Below, piece after piece: positions 11,315 through 21,367 of a stretch of 64,000 nucleotides of DNA. Source of the DNA: Pirellulales bacterium (GTDB lineage: Bacteria; Planctomycetota; Planctomycetia; Pirellulales; JACPPG01); the NCBI GenBank assembly GCA_036490175.1, contig DASXEJ010000303.1, positions 2,511 through 66,510 of the forward strand. Direction: 5' to 3'. The notes under the pieces are model-generated. The model made no database searches and was not told where the DNA came from. It was given only the letters and a program-made list of their open reading frames with translations. The position numbers and the translations under genes are program-made. Position 1 is the stretch's first letter, and every line of letters starts with the position of its first letter.

Positions 11315-11818
11315 TTACAAATTCGCTTCCGGCTGCGCATAAGCCTTGGGCACAAGAAAGCTCATATGCATTTCCGAATGGCGGAGATGAAAGCGATTCC
11401 ATTCCTCGATCGACAGGGGGCCTGCCACGGGATGCACCGAGCGCGTGGTCTCGGAACGCAGCCGCATGATGCCGCGACGCAGGGCATCCAACCCTTCGCC
11501 GGGTGAGGTCTCGTCAGGTACGAGTCGCTTTGCCGCCGAGCGTGGCAGTTGAAAGCCCGCCGGAAATGGCCCGTTCAACAACAATCGCTTTACGTAGATG
11601 CGGCCGATGATCCGCAGCCACAAGCGGACCTTGAAGCCTGATCCGTTGACGGAGCCTTCCATCGCCGACCCCAAATGCTTTAACGTTTGACCCAGCGACC
11701 AGTTGCCGAGCGACGTGAGTTCAAGCGCCGCGAGGCGTTCGGCATCGACCACGATGTCCTCAAAGGAATCGTAACGCACTGGACGACGGCCGGTGACTTT
11801 GCGCGTGTCGACGGGCAT
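11315..11818 (-). CDS. DUF1569/DinB-like four-helix-bundle protein
   Basis: 'NWSLGQTLKHLGSAM ... HPVAGPLSIEEWNRFHLRHSEMHMSF' resembles the DUF1569 family. Start moved to ATG 11818 because the upstream extension looks non-coding. Confidence 0.55.
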   Translation of the reverse strand: MPVDTRKVTGRRPVRYDSFEDIVVDAERLAALELTSLGNWSLGQTLKHLGSAMEGSVNGSGFKVRLWLRIIGRIYVKRLLLNGPFPAGFQLPRSAAKRLVPDETSPGEGLDALRRGIMRLRSETTRSVHPVAGPLSIEEWNRFHLRHSEMHMSFLVPKAYAQPEANL

Positions 11819-12007
11819 TGAGACAATTCCTCCGTCGGAAGAGGTGTGCGCTTGGCGATTATTCCTCAACCGTCTGCTTGCTGCCTGGGGCGATGGCAAG
11901 GAGACGACCATTGCCCACCACTCTACTCGTGCGATTGGTATGCGGCAATCAATTTGCATGCTGGCTTTAAGTAGTCATTCGATCATGCGTGTTGACGGTT
12001 GAGATCA

Positions 12008-12367
12008 TTAAAGATCGTTGAGTAGCCGCTTGGGCGCGATTAGCCGATAGGCCTCACGCACGAATTCGGCGACGTCGTCCCAATCGACATCGCCATCGAG
12101 CCATATGCCAACCCAGCCTCCCTTGCCAACATAGGGCGGGACGAAGAAGCAAGCGGGCGCGGCGTGTACCATCCGCGCCTGCTCGCCCGGGGCCGCCTTC
12201 AGCCACACGGCATGCCGACCGCCACCGTGATGATTATGGGCGTTGGCGTACATGGCGAAGAGTTTATTGCGCACCCGAAATGTCGGCTCGCCCCAGGCTT
12301 CCACTTCGTGAGCCTCGGGCAGAGCCAGGCAAAGTTTGCGCAGGCGGGTGAGCGGACGCGGCGGCAT
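12008..12367 (-). CDS. MmcQ/YjbR-family protein
   Basis: 119 aa. 'LRKLCLALPEAHEVEAWGEPTFRVRNKLFAMY ... FFVPPYVGKGGWVGIWLD' is the characteristic MmcQ/YjbR pattern. Confidence 0.75.
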   Translation of the reverse strand: MPPRPLTRLRKLCLALPEAHEVEAWGEPTFRVRNKLFAMYANAHNHHGGGRHAVWLKAAPGEQARMVHAAPACFFVPPYVGKGGWVGIWLDGDVDWDDVAEFVREAYRLIAPKRLLNDL

Positions 12368-12936
12368 TTCTAGTTACTCGCGCGAGAGGTAGGACTGCCG
12401 ATGTGCCGCGAGTTATTGGAGCCGACAACGCCAGCATTGCAAGTCGCCTCAGTTTTGGCAGATGCGCGGCGAAGGTCACGGCCGACAGAGGGTGCGGTTT
12501 TCCGTCAGATCCTTATTTCCGGCCGCGCAAAGAAAAACCGCCTTGCGACGGTTGTCTTTTCTCCTGAGCCTCATCGCCGGGGATTTGCCGTATCAATTCG
12601 AGGGGCTGTTCCAGACCCTCGAATTGTTCCGTGCATTTCAACACGCGCCGTCGCGAGGCTCCCTTATTCGTCGGCCCTAACTGCCCCTTCTGTTCCCAAT
12701 CGCTCCCACTCTTCTCTCCTCTGCCATTACTACGACAGTGCTGAGGGTTTGGTTCAAAAATGCCCCACTCGCGACATTTTTCTGCGTGCAGCCCGGCGGT
12801 TTGACTGGCGACTCGGGCGCAACGACAATACGAACTTCCCATGCTTGGTGCTGTTCGTCGCGGACGCTCCGGGTGCGTAAACAAGAGGGCAAATCGGTGC
12901 TGTTTTCCTGTTCCTTTTGTTCTGGCGGAGGACGTG

Positions 12937-15039
12937 ATGCCCACGAAATGTCTCGATGTGCTGCAAGGCATTTGTCTTGCTTGGCTGCTGCTGATTTCGC
13001 TGGTGGCAGCGCGGGCGGAAACGATCAATATCTATCGTGATGATTTCGGCGTACCACACATCTACGCCGAGACCTTAGCCGGTGCGTCTTACGGCGCCGG
13101 TTATGCACAGGCTGAAGATCGGCTTGAGCAGTTGCTACAAAACTATCGGCTGGCCGCCGGCACATTGGCCGAGGTGGCCGGCGCGTCACTCGTCGATCAG
13201 GACTATCGTTCGCGCGTCTGGCAGCACGAAGAGGTCGCCCGCGATCACTACAATCACATGGATCCCAAGCTAAAGGGCGCTTGCCAGGCCTATATCGCAG
13301 GGGTCGAGAAGTTCATGAACGAGCATCCCGAGCAAGTACCCAAGTGGGCGCAAAAACTGGAGCCCCATCATCCCATCATGCTCAGCCGGTTCATCATCTG
13401 GGGCTGGCCGGAGGGGCAAGCTCAGGATGATATCGAGAAGATCGGCATCAAGCCCGCTGCGAAAGAATATCGCGGATCCAACGAGTGGGTGATCGCCCCG
13501 GGGCGCAGCGCCAACGGCAAGGTCATCGCGCTGATCGACCCGCACCTGAGTTGGTACGGGCCGTTTCGTTTCTACGAGCAGCGAATGTATGCCACCGGAG
13601 AAGATTTCGCTTTGAGCGGTGCCGCGATCCTGGGGCTGCCGATGCCCGGGCTGGGGCACACTCAGTACGCCTCGGTGGCCATGACCACGGGGGGACCGGA
13701 TACGGCCGACGTTTACGAGGAAACCGTCAATCCCGACAACCCGCTGCAATATCAAGTCGACGGCAAATGGCGGGACATGACCTCGCGCAAGATCACGCTA
13801 CATGTGCGCGACGGCGATAAGCTGGTCGACAAGCAGTTCGAGGTTGCCTCGACGCACCACGGCCCGGTTGTCGCGCGCAAAGATAACAAGGCATACACGA
13901 TGGCCTTGGCCTACGTGGATCGTGCCGGCTTGATGGAAGAACTGTACAAGGTGCATACGGCTCGCAGTCTCGACCAGATCAAGGCGGCGCTCTCGACTTG
14001 CGAGCTGATGCCGCAGAACATCATGATCGGCACAGTCGACGGCGATATCTTCTATGTACACGACGGCAGCGTTCCCATCCGCAATCACGGCCTGCCGACG
14101 GACCGGCCGGTGCCGGGCAATGTGTCGAAGAACGACTTCGCGGGTATTCATCGTTTCGAAGACCTCGTCCAGGTCACGAACCCGCCCTGCGGCTACATGC
14201 AGAACTGCAATGTCGCTCCGGCCTACATGATGCGTGAAAGCCCAATGACCAAGCAAAGCGCCAAGCGACCGTATTTGTTCTTTGACGACGGCCGCGGTGC
14301 CCACCAACGCGCTGCGATGGTGACTGAGTTGTTGCAAGCCGACGAATCTGTAACAGTCGATGAAGCCATCGACCTGGCCTTCTCGCCGCAGGTTCTCGGC
14401 GCCGAGAAGTGGCAAGAACGCTTGTCGCGGGCCTGGCAAACGGCTGCCGAATCGGCCAAGACGCCCGACGTCAAAGGCACCTACGACAACATTCAGCAAT
14501 GGAATCGCCGCTCGGATCCTGGATCTACCGGAGCGCTATCGTATTACGCGTTCAAGATGGGACTGGGGGGCAAGATTTCGGAAGCCATCGCACCGCCAGC
14601 GGACCTGAGCGACCAGGACACGTTTGCGGCACTCGTCAAAGGAACGGAATGGCTCCGCAGTAAAGCAGGCAGCGTAGACGCCCGATACGGAGACGTGTTT
14701 CGCGTCGCCCGCAAAGGGGGCAAACAGAGCTATCCGGTCGGCGGCGGTACGGTGAAGGAAGCCGGCATGGCGACGCCGCGGGCCATTTCGTTTGACACTG
14801 TCGGCGATCAAAAGATCGGACACGGCGGCCAGACTTCGACGCAGATCGTGGTGCTTTCCAAGCCGCCGCGATCGTACATGGTAGTTCCCCTAGGTCAAAG
14901 CGATCATCCCGAGTCCGGTCACTGGGACGATCAAGCGGCCAAGCTTTTTGGACCGGGCAAAGCGAAGGACACGTTCTTCATGGATCGCGATGGCTTGCAA
15001 CAGCACGTCACCAGCACGAAAAAGCTGGAATACAACTAG
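12937..15039 (+). CDS. Penicillin/AHL-acylase family Ntn-hydrolase (peptidase S45)
   Basis: Signal peptide, then 'IYRDDFGVPHIYAE'. Autoprocessing site 'YRGSNEWVIAPGRSANG' with a Ser nucleophile after Gly. Start set at ATG 12937, preceded by GGAGGA. Confidence 0.8.
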   Translation: MPTKCLDVLQGICLAWLLLISLVAARAETINIYRDDFGVPHIYAETLAGASYGAGYAQAEDRLEQLLQNYRLAAGTLAEVAGASLVDQDYRSRVWQHEEVARDHYNHMDPKLKGACQAYIAGVEKFMNEHPEQVPKWAQKLEPHHPIMLSRFIIWGWPEGQAQDDIEKIGIKPAAKEYRGSNEWVIAPGRSANGKVIALIDPHLSWYGPFRFYEQRMYATGEDFALSGAAILGLPMPGLGHTQYASVAMTTGGPDTADVYEETVNPDNPLQYQVDGKWRDMTSRKITLHVRDGDKLVDKQFEVASTHHGPVVARKDNKAYTMALAYVDRAGLMEELYKVHTARSLDQIKAALSTCELMPQNIMIGTVDGDIFYVHDGSVPIRNHGLPTDRPVPGNVSKNDFAGIHRFEDLVQVTNPPCGYMQNCNVAPAYMMRESPMTKQSAKRPYLFFDDGRGAHQRAAMVTELLQADESVTVDEAIDLAFSPQVLGAEKWQERLSRAWQTAAESAKTPDVKGTYDNIQQWNRRSDPGSTGALSYYAFKMGLGGKISEAIAPPADLSDQDTFAALVKGTEWLRSKAGSVDARYGDVFRVARKGGKQSYPVGGGTVKEAGMATPRAISFDTVGDQKIGHGGQTSTQIVVLSKPPRSYMVVPLGQSDHPESGHWDDQAAKLFGPGKAKDTFFMDRDGLQQHVTSTKKLEYN

Positions 15040-15192
15040 AGCGTTGGATGAATAAAGCACCCGTGCAAAAACATCTGCCTTCCGCCAGGGCCTAACGGGG
15101 AGAATGTCGCACTGGCGCTAACGCCCTTGCGCAACTGGTGCCGAGCTGGCAGGGTTATTCAATCGACCGTCGCTAATAAATGGAGGGCATAA

Positions 15193-16575
15193 ATGATCCG
15201 CTGTCTACCATTTGCGAATGTGGTGGCGATCGTCGTTTTCCTTGCTCCGACCGTGCGCGCCGACGATGGTCCTGCCAAAGTGGATGGTGCGCCGCCACGC
15301 TACAAACTTCGCGTTGGACAGGAGCTGAATTACCAAGGAACAAATGGGTTCAAGAACGATTTCATCAACGTTAGCAGCAAGACCTCTTGGAAGCTGCTGG
15401 TCGTGCGGCAAAATGCCGACGGCGGCTGGCGATTGCTGGTGCGTTATGCGACAGCGCAAAAACGGACGTCTGACAAAGGCCAGGAGAGTTTCGCTCCGGA
15501 GCGCGCGTCGCTGGCCTGGTGCGATCTCTCGCGTGACGGTCGCATCGAGGAAAACCCGACGATTGGATTTACTGTCGACATAAGATCCGTGCTACCGCTG
15601 TTGCCTCCGACGGCACAGGCAGAAAGCTGGCAGGGCGAAGACCCCGGAACCGGCACGAAAAGCAAGTATGCAATCGTACAGCCCAGCGCCGAAGCCGGGC
15701 ATGTTGAAATCCAGGAAATGCCCAAGAGTGCGCTGGACAACATCTTCTTGAGCTCGCCGAAGAGATCGTTTTTCTTCGACACAAGCCGTGGTCTCGTCGA
15801 TCGCGTCGAGTTTGAAAGCGTTCAGGAATACAAGGGTCCTACGATTGGCGGCACGGCGCATCGTCGTGAGATACTCGTCAGCGTCCAGCAGCGCGATCTG
15901 AATTGGAGTACCGCGGTCGCTGTCGAGATGAACGACTACTTCGCCGTCCGACAAGAATGTGACGAACTTGTCGAACGCGCGGGCAAGCAGCCATCACGCA
16001 CCGCTCAGTTATTGGCCACGGCCAAGGCGAATCTCGAGGATCTACGTAAGGCCCTGAAGACCGACATCATTCAGGCACAGCTGGACAATGACCTCGCCAA
16101 CCATGCGCGAATGGCCAGTTATACCGAGAGGCAGGTTCAGCGCACCGCCGAAGTGCTCGACAAGCCGTCGCCGAGCTGGGAGACGATGGATCTCACCGGA
16201 ACCACCCGTTCGATCGAGGCTTGCCGGGGCAAGGTGGTGATTCTCGACTTCTGGTACCGCGGTTGCGGCTGGTGCATCCGCGCGATGCCGCAAGTGCAGC
16301 AGGTGGCCGCGCACTTCCAAGGGCGTCCGGTCGAAGTCTTCGGCATGAACACGGACAAGGACGCGGAGGACGCGCGCTTCGTGACAGAAAAAATGGCGAT
16401 CTCCTACCCCACGCTCAAGGCCGCGGAGTTGTCCGAGAGGTACGGCGTGCAAGGCTTTCCGACGCTCCTGATTATCGACCAAGAAGGCGTGGTGCGCGAT
16501 ATCCATGTGGGCTATTCGCGGAACCTGGCCAAGAGTGTCATCACGACGGTCGAAAAGCTGCTGGCCAGGCGCTAG
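15193..16575 (+). CDS. Exported protein with C-terminal TlpA-like thioredoxin domain
   Basis: Signal peptide. The C-terminal ~150 aa carry 'GKVVILDFWYRGCGWCIRAMPQV' (CxxC) and 'YGVQGFPTLLIID' (cis-Pro loop). Confidence 0.75.
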   Translation: MIRCLPFANVVAIVVFLAPTVRADDGPAKVDGAPPRYKLRVGQELNYQGTNGFKNDFINVSSKTSWKLLVVRQNADGGWRLLVRYATAQKRTSDKGQESFAPERASLAWCDLSRDGRIEENPTIGFTVDIRSVLPLLPPTAQAESWQGEDPGTGTKSKYAIVQPSAEAGHVEIQEMPKSALDNIFLSSPKRSFFFDTSRGLVDRVEFESVQEYKGPTIGGTAHRREILVSVQQRDLNWSTAVAVEMNDYFAVRQECDELVERAGKQPSRTAQLLATAKANLEDLRKALKTDIIQAQLDNDLANHARMASYTERQVQRTAEVLDKPSPSWETMDLTGTTRSIEACRGKVVILDFWYRGCGWCIRAMPQVQQVAAHFQGRPVEVFGMNTDKDAEDARFVTEKMAISYPTLKAAELSERYGVQGFPTLLIIDQEGVVRDIHVGYSRNLAKSVITTVEKLLARR

Positions 16576-16797
16576 CAGTGGAAACCTGGTGCCCCCCCCA
16601 AAGGCAGGCGGATGCTCGCCACCATTGCTCGCCCCGCGGATTTTCTCACTCAAGCTATTTACAAACCCCGATCGGGCCGATAAAAGGTTTGATAGCTAAC
16701 CATTGGCCTTTGGGACGGCGCAAGCGCGAATTCGCACCGCTCCGACCCGTGGCGGCAGGATCGTCCTGGGACATATCAATACTTCGTGAGGTGACTC

Positions 16798-18654
16798 ATG
16801 CGCGGCACGTTGCAAGTGGCGGCTGTGGCGGTTGCCCTTGTGGCATCGGGACAGGCATTGGCAACTGAATCGGCACCAAACGTGGTCGGCCGACAGATCG
16901 ACTCGTTCTCGTTGCCGGATACGCACGGTAAGTCACAAGAGCTGAGCCAGCTTAGCGACGGAAAATTGCTGGTCGTGGCCTTTATCGGTACTGAGTGTCC
17001 ACTGGCCAAGCAATACGCGCCGCGACTGGGGGCGCTCGCGGCCGAGTATGAATCCAAAGGGGTGAAGTTCGTCGCCATCGACGCAAACCTGCAAGACTCA
17101 CTGGCCGAGCTCGCTCAGTTCGTCCGCATGTATGATCTTAAGTTTCCAGTCCTGAAAGATATGAACAACCGCGTGGCCGATGCTTTTGGTGCCACGCGAA
17201 CGCCGGAAGTCTTTCTGCTCGATGCCGACCGCGTGGTGCGTTACGCAGGGCGGATAGACGATCAATTCGGTTTCAAGACCGGCGCCGGCTATGCCAAGCC
17301 GCGCCTGGAGCGCCGCGACCTGGCCGCGGCCATCGACGAGTTGTTGGCCGGCAAGCCGGTCAGCCAACCCATGATCAAGGCCGATGGCTGCTTGATCGGT
17401 CGCGTCAAACGCGAGCCGCATGGCGAAGTTACATACTCGAACCAAATCGCACGCATTGTGCAGAATCGCTGCCTGGAATGCCATCGGGCGGGCGAAGTCG
17501 CGCCGTTTGCAATGGATTCCTACGACGACATCGTCGGCTGGGCCGAAACGATTCGCGAAGTCGTCGATCAGGGACGCATGCCGCCCTGGTTCGCTAGCCC
17601 GGACCACGGCAAGTTCACCAATGATGCGCGGCTGACCCTCGAAGAGAAAGCTTTTATCGCGACCTGGGTCGACAACGGCTGCCCCGAAGGGGACCGTGCC
17701 CAATTGCCCGCGCCACGAGAATTCGCCAAGGGGTGGCGTATCGGCGCGCCGGACCAGGTTATCTATATGGACGAAAAGCCCTATGACGTACCTTCCGAAG
17801 GAACTGTTGAGTACAAGTACTTTACGGTCGATCCAGGCTGGACGGAGGATAAATGGGTGCAGGCCACCGAATCGCGACCCGGCAACTACGCGGTGGTGCA
17901 TCACATCATTGTGTTCATCAAGCGTCCCGGCGCCGACGACCAAATGATGACGGGGCTGGGCGGTTACGCCCCCGGCAACCCGGCCGACGTGCATCCGCCA
18001 GGCACGGCTACGTTCGTACCGGCAGGCTCGAAGCTCTTGTTTCAGCTGCACTACACACCTAACGGTACCGCCACCACCGATCGCAGCATGATTGGCGTGA
18101 AGTTCGCCGATGCAAAGACGGTCAAGAAGAAGATTCACGGCGACGCGGTGGGCAACCTGTCGCTGAAGATTCCACCTGGCGAGTCGAACTACGAAGTCAG
18201 CGCCAAGCACAAATTCCGTCGCGACATGCTGCTGTTGAATATGACCCCGCACATGCACCTGCGCGGTAAGGATTTTCGCTACGTGCTCGATTATCCGGAT
18301 GGGCGAAGCGAGGTCCTGCTCGATGTGCCAAACTGGGATTTCAACTGGCAACTACGTTACGAATTTGCCGAACCGGTGCAGGTCCCCAAGGGCTCGGTGC
18401 TGCGTTGCATCGCACACTTCGATAATTCGCCCGAGAACCTGGCGAATCCCGATCCCAAGAGTGAGGTCCGTTTCGGCGACCAGACGTGGGAAGAGATGAT
18501 GTTCGGTTTCTACGCGTCGATCGATCCCGCGGAGGATCTGACCCTCAAAGTGGCCGCTGAGTCACCTCAGGGGGACACGCCCGCGGCAGGCGATGCGAGC
18601 AAAGACGGCGCTCGCGACGGCACGGCCATCGAACGTGACGGCGACGGAGAATAG
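16798..18654 (+). CDS. Redoxin-like + cytochrome c + PHM/DBH-like copper monooxygenase fusion protein
   Basis: N-terminal AhpC/TSA-like domain (LLVVAFIGTECPLAKQY). Single heme motif 'NRCLECHRAGEVAPF' (planctomycete cytochrome c type). C-terminal 'AVVHHIIVF', 'MTPHMHLRG' and 'WEEMMFGF' resemble the CuH (HH..H) and CuM (HxH..M) ligand sets. Confidence 0.7.
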   Translation: MRGTLQVAAVAVALVASGQALATESAPNVVGRQIDSFSLPDTHGKSQELSQLSDGKLLVVAFIGTECPLAKQYAPRLGALAAEYESKGVKFVAIDANLQDSLAELAQFVRMYDLKFPVLKDMNNRVADAFGATRTPEVFLLDADRVVRYAGRIDDQFGFKTGAGYAKPRLERRDLAAAIDELLAGKPVSQPMIKADGCLIGRVKREPHGEVTYSNQIARIVQNRCLECHRAGEVAPFAMDSYDDIVGWAETIREVVDQGRMPPWFASPDHGKFTNDARLTLEEKAFIATWVDNGCPEGDRAQLPAPREFAKGWRIGAPDQVIYMDEKPYDVPSEGTVEYKYFTVDPGWTEDKWVQATESRPGNYAVVHHIIVFIKRPGADDQMMTGLGGYAPGNPADVHPPGTATFVPAGSKLLFQLHYTPNGTATTDRSMIGVKFADAKTVKKKIHGDAVGNLSLKIPPGESNYEVSAKHKFRRDMLLLNMTPHMHLRGKDFRYVLDYPDGRSEVLLDVPNWDFNWQLRYEFAEPVQVPKGSVLRCIAHFDNSPENLANPDPKSEVRFGDQTWEEMMFGFYASIDPAEDLTLKVAAESPQGDTPAAGDASKDGARDGTAIERDGDGE

Positions 18655-18826
18655 CCTGCGGCTGGCAGGAGCTGTTCGCTTAAAACCAGCCCGACGATGC
18701 CCGCCAGGGTCTTAGGCCGCGGTTTTTTGACCGCTCGGGCAGTTGCCTGCCTGGACAGGGTACGCACTGCGCCGCAGAATGCTCGCGGGTATTGATTCCA
18801 GCACGCATTCTCCGGGTGACCTACCG

Positions 18827-19864
18827 ATGACTCGCTGGCCAGACAACGCCATGCTGCCGGCGCTATGGCTATTGTTCTGCTGGTTGTCGTGCGCCGCGCG
18901 CGTCTGTGCGGCGGATGTGGCGCCGCTGGTAACCCGCATCATTGAGCGAATTCCGCGCACGCCGGCAGAGGTTGCCGAGGCGCACGAGAAGAGCAACCTG
19001 GGGTGTGTGCAACTGCCTAAGGATATTCCTTTGGTGCAGCCGAGTTTTGATCAGCACGTCTATTACGACGTGAAGGCGCCCGGTGCGGCGCAGAGTCTGC
19101 TTTTTGATTGGGGACGCTGGCCGATCATCGATTATGGCACGCGGATGACCGCAGCGGATCAAAAGGAGCTGCCGTTTTTTACCAGTTCCTCGATTCTGGA
19201 CGTCATTGACAACACCTACGTTTGTCTGCAAGCGCGGGTGCATCGTGCGGCACCGGACGGCGTGCCCTATCTGCATTACCTGCCGATCGCCGGCGTGGGC
19301 GAGTACATCCAGTCAAAAACAACCACCGAGTTCGCCGCGCTACAGCAAGTGGCCGTGAGCAACGTTCGTAGCCTGGGCTTGTTTCTAAAAACATCCGACC
19401 GGCGCGAGCCCCAGTCATTGCGCACCCTGGTTGTCAGCATCAAGGGCACTAAGCTGATCCCCAACGAAGAATCGGGCGAGTTGCAATCCATTCCCACGCT
19501 TGAGTTGCTATTCGTGCGAATGCGCGTCGATCTCACGAGATTTGCGAGGAGCCCTGCCGATGCGGTGAAATTGCACGCCTTCGGCACGATCGACGGGCTG
19601 CAAAAGCTCGTCTACTTCAAGCCATATGCCGCGCCGGCCAGCGCCGACGATTGCACGATCCGCAGCACGGTCCGCATCACCGAATACTCACTGGCGGGAC
19701 AGATTCCCTCGGGGCGCGCGGCGCGCGAGGTACGGATCAACGCCGCAAAGGAATTCACGATTCTCACGCTCGACGAATACGCCCGACGCAACGGGCTCGC
19801 CGGCGACGCGTTCGACAACATTACAGAGATTCTCGACGGTATCATTGATGGAAAAGTGAAATAG
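18827..19864 (+). CDS. Hypothetical exported protein
   Basis: ORF with signal peptide MTRWPDNAMLPALWLLFCWLSCAARVCAA when started at ATG 18827. No recognisable motif. Confidence 0.5.
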   Translation: MTRWPDNAMLPALWLLFCWLSCAARVCAADVAPLVTRIIERIPRTPAEVAEAHEKSNLGCVQLPKDIPLVQPSFDQHVYYDVKAPGAAQSLLFDWGRWPIIDYGTRMTAADQKELPFFTSSSILDVIDNTYVCLQARVHRAAPDGVPYLHYLPIAGVGEYIQSKTTTEFAALQQVAVSNVRSLGLFLKTSDRREPQSLRTLVVSIKGTKLIPNEESGELQSIPTLELLFVRMRVDLTRFARSPADAVKLHAFGTIDGLQKLVYFKPYAAPASADDCTIRSTVRITEYSLAGQIPSGRAAREVRINAAKEFTILTLDEYARRNGLAGDAFDNITEILDGIIDGKVK

Positions 19865-20096
19865 CCGCGACGCGCAGATTAAATCAGTCGGGTTCGGTGT
19901 TTCGACTTGTTCGGCCTGTCGGATATGTAGCTCCCCAGATTACAGAGATTTTGCAGATGGATGCGGATCTCGTGCATTGCCATTTGGAACCACGCTCGTT
20001 GTCGCTCATCGTCCATCTGTAAAAAATCTGCTTCAATCCGCGAGGTCTGTCGGTGAAAAACTTCGGCGTGCAGAGCAGATTTTCTCAACGGTGGCC

Positions 20097-20612
20097 ATGA
20101 CCGAATTTGCACACGAGCGTCATAAACCTCCCACGAAGCTGGTACGAGAGCGCGAATTGGTCGTGGCTTGCGCGCCGTTGCGCACGAACGTCAACCTTTC
20201 GCGCATCGTACGCGCGGCCGGCTGTTGCGGTGTGCGGCGGATTATTTGCTGCGGTCATGCCAAAGTGATCGGCAAGATCGCTCGGGATAGCCTCGATTCG
20301 CAGAATCCGGCCGGACTGTCGCTGGAAGTTCATCGCACTTTGGCCCCCGCCTTAGTGCGATTGCGGGAAGAGGGATTTCAGCTTGTCGGCCTCGAGCAGA
20401 CGACCGGATCGCAGTGCTTGTATACATTTCCCTTTCCGCGCAAGACCGCCCTAGTGGTAGGCAACGAGCGGCAGGGTTTGGAGGATGACGTGCTGCGACT
20501 GGTCCACCAAGTGGTAGAGATTCCGGTCTACGGGCTCCCCTACGCCCACAACGTGGCCACGGCTACGGCCATGGCCCTCTACGAGTACTGCCGGCAGTTC
20601 CCCGCGGGATGA
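20097..20612 (+). CDS. TrmH/SpoU-family RNA 2'-O-methyltransferase
   Basis: 'NLSRIVRAAGCCGV', 'ALVVGNERQGLEDDVL' and 'VEIPVYGLPYAHNVATATAMALYEY' match SpoU motifs 1-3. Start set at ATG 20097; the track start, TTG 19977, adds an implausible leader. Confidence 0.8.
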   Translation: MTEFAHERHKPPTKLVRERELVVACAPLRTNVNLSRIVRAAGCCGVRRIICCGHAKVIGKIARDSLDSQNPAGLSLEVHRTLAPALVRLREEGFQLVGLEQTTGSQCLYTFPFPRKTALVVGNERQGLEDDVLRLVHQVVEIPVYGLPYAHNVATATAMALYEYCRQFPAG

Positions 20613-20791
20613 GCGGATGCAACGGCGTTGGTAGTCGTACTATCCCGCACAGTTCAGGCACAGCCCGGCACTGGCGACCGGGACCCGGATGTGCTAATTT
20701 TTATCCTCTTAAGCTGGTTCAGGCTGGCCCTTTCCGGCCCTGACCGGTGGCCGCCAAAACTGTCTCTGCTGACTGCTCTCGAGGGTTCGCG

Positions 20792-21304
20792 ATGAAACAG
20801 GCAATTGCCGGGGTTGCTCCCCCGACGTCAAGCGAAGTTACCGTCATGACCGTGTGGCCGTCGATCGCGGTGACAGGTTTGGGCCGCTTCCTGGGGCGGC
20901 GTTACGAGAGTCGCCTGGGAATCGGCAATATCTGGACGGTCGGCAATGTTTGGAAAATCGCCTCGATACCGGTCGCCCTGGGGTTGTTCTTCATGCTCCT
21001 GGCCCCGGGCTTCAACCGACGCTATCGCCTGACCAATCGCCGGTTGATCATCGAAAAGGGAATCGTCCCCGCGCCAGAGAGTTCGGTGTTGCTCGACGAC
21101 TTCGACGCCATCGATATCGAGTTCTTGCCTGGGCAGGAATGGTTTCCCTGCGGCGAGATGATCTTTCGCAAGGGCAAGATCGAGACCTTTCGCCTGTCGG
21201 CCGTTCCTCGCCCCGAATCTTTCAGGCAGGTCTGCCTGAAGACCCAGCGGAGCTACACATCGGTCAAGAACGTGCTCGCGCACCAGGCTGCCTTGGCGGT
21301 ATGA
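20792..21304 (+). CDS. Bacterial PH-domain (bPH_2/YdbS-like) membrane protein
   Basis: Two hydrophobic helices followed by 'RRYRLTNRRLIIEKGIV...SVLLDDFDAIDI'. ATG 20792 is preceded by GAGGG. Confidence 0.55.
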   Translation: MKQAIAGVAPPTSSEVTVMTVWPSIAVTGLGRFLGRRYESRLGIGNIWTVGNVWKIASIPVALGLFFMLLAPGFNRRYRLTNRRLIIEKGIVPAPESSVLLDDFDAIDIEFLPGQEWFPCGEMIFRKGKIETFRLSAVPRPESFRQVCLKTQRSYTSVKNVLAHQAALAV

Positions 21305-21305
21305 T

Positions 21306-21364
21306 CGCGAAATGATGAATTAGCTGACCTACGATTCGTCATTTCGCGTCAATCATCATTTCGC
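21306..21364. terminator. Inverted/direct repeat cluster between convergent genes (possible bidirectional terminator)
   Basis: CGCGAAATGATGA (21306-21318) can pair with TCGTCATTTCGCG (21336-21348; 12/13) or with TCATCATTTCGC (21353-21364; 12/12). No clear U-tract. Confidence 0.35.
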
Positions 21365-21367
21365 AGT

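Noticed and set aside
17098-18351. 417-aa ORF antisense to the redoxin/cytochrome/monooxygenase gene. Similar long antisense or alternative-frame ORFs occur at 7137-7976, 39665-40666, 41316-42110, 41581-42510, 56505-57467, 59474-61078 and 61964-62851.
   Set aside because: Their translations are Arg/Ala/Gly/Pro-rich and low-complexity with no recognisable motifs. Each fully overlaps a gene with strong family signatures. Long spurious ORFs are expected on the opposite strand in high-GC DNA.
19879-20112. 77-aa minus-strand ORF in the lower-GC gap upstream of the TrmH-like gene.
   Set aside because: No motif, no Shine-Dalgarno sequence that I could see, and it overlaps the trmH-like start region. 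More likely promoter or UTR DNA than a gene. Not excluded.
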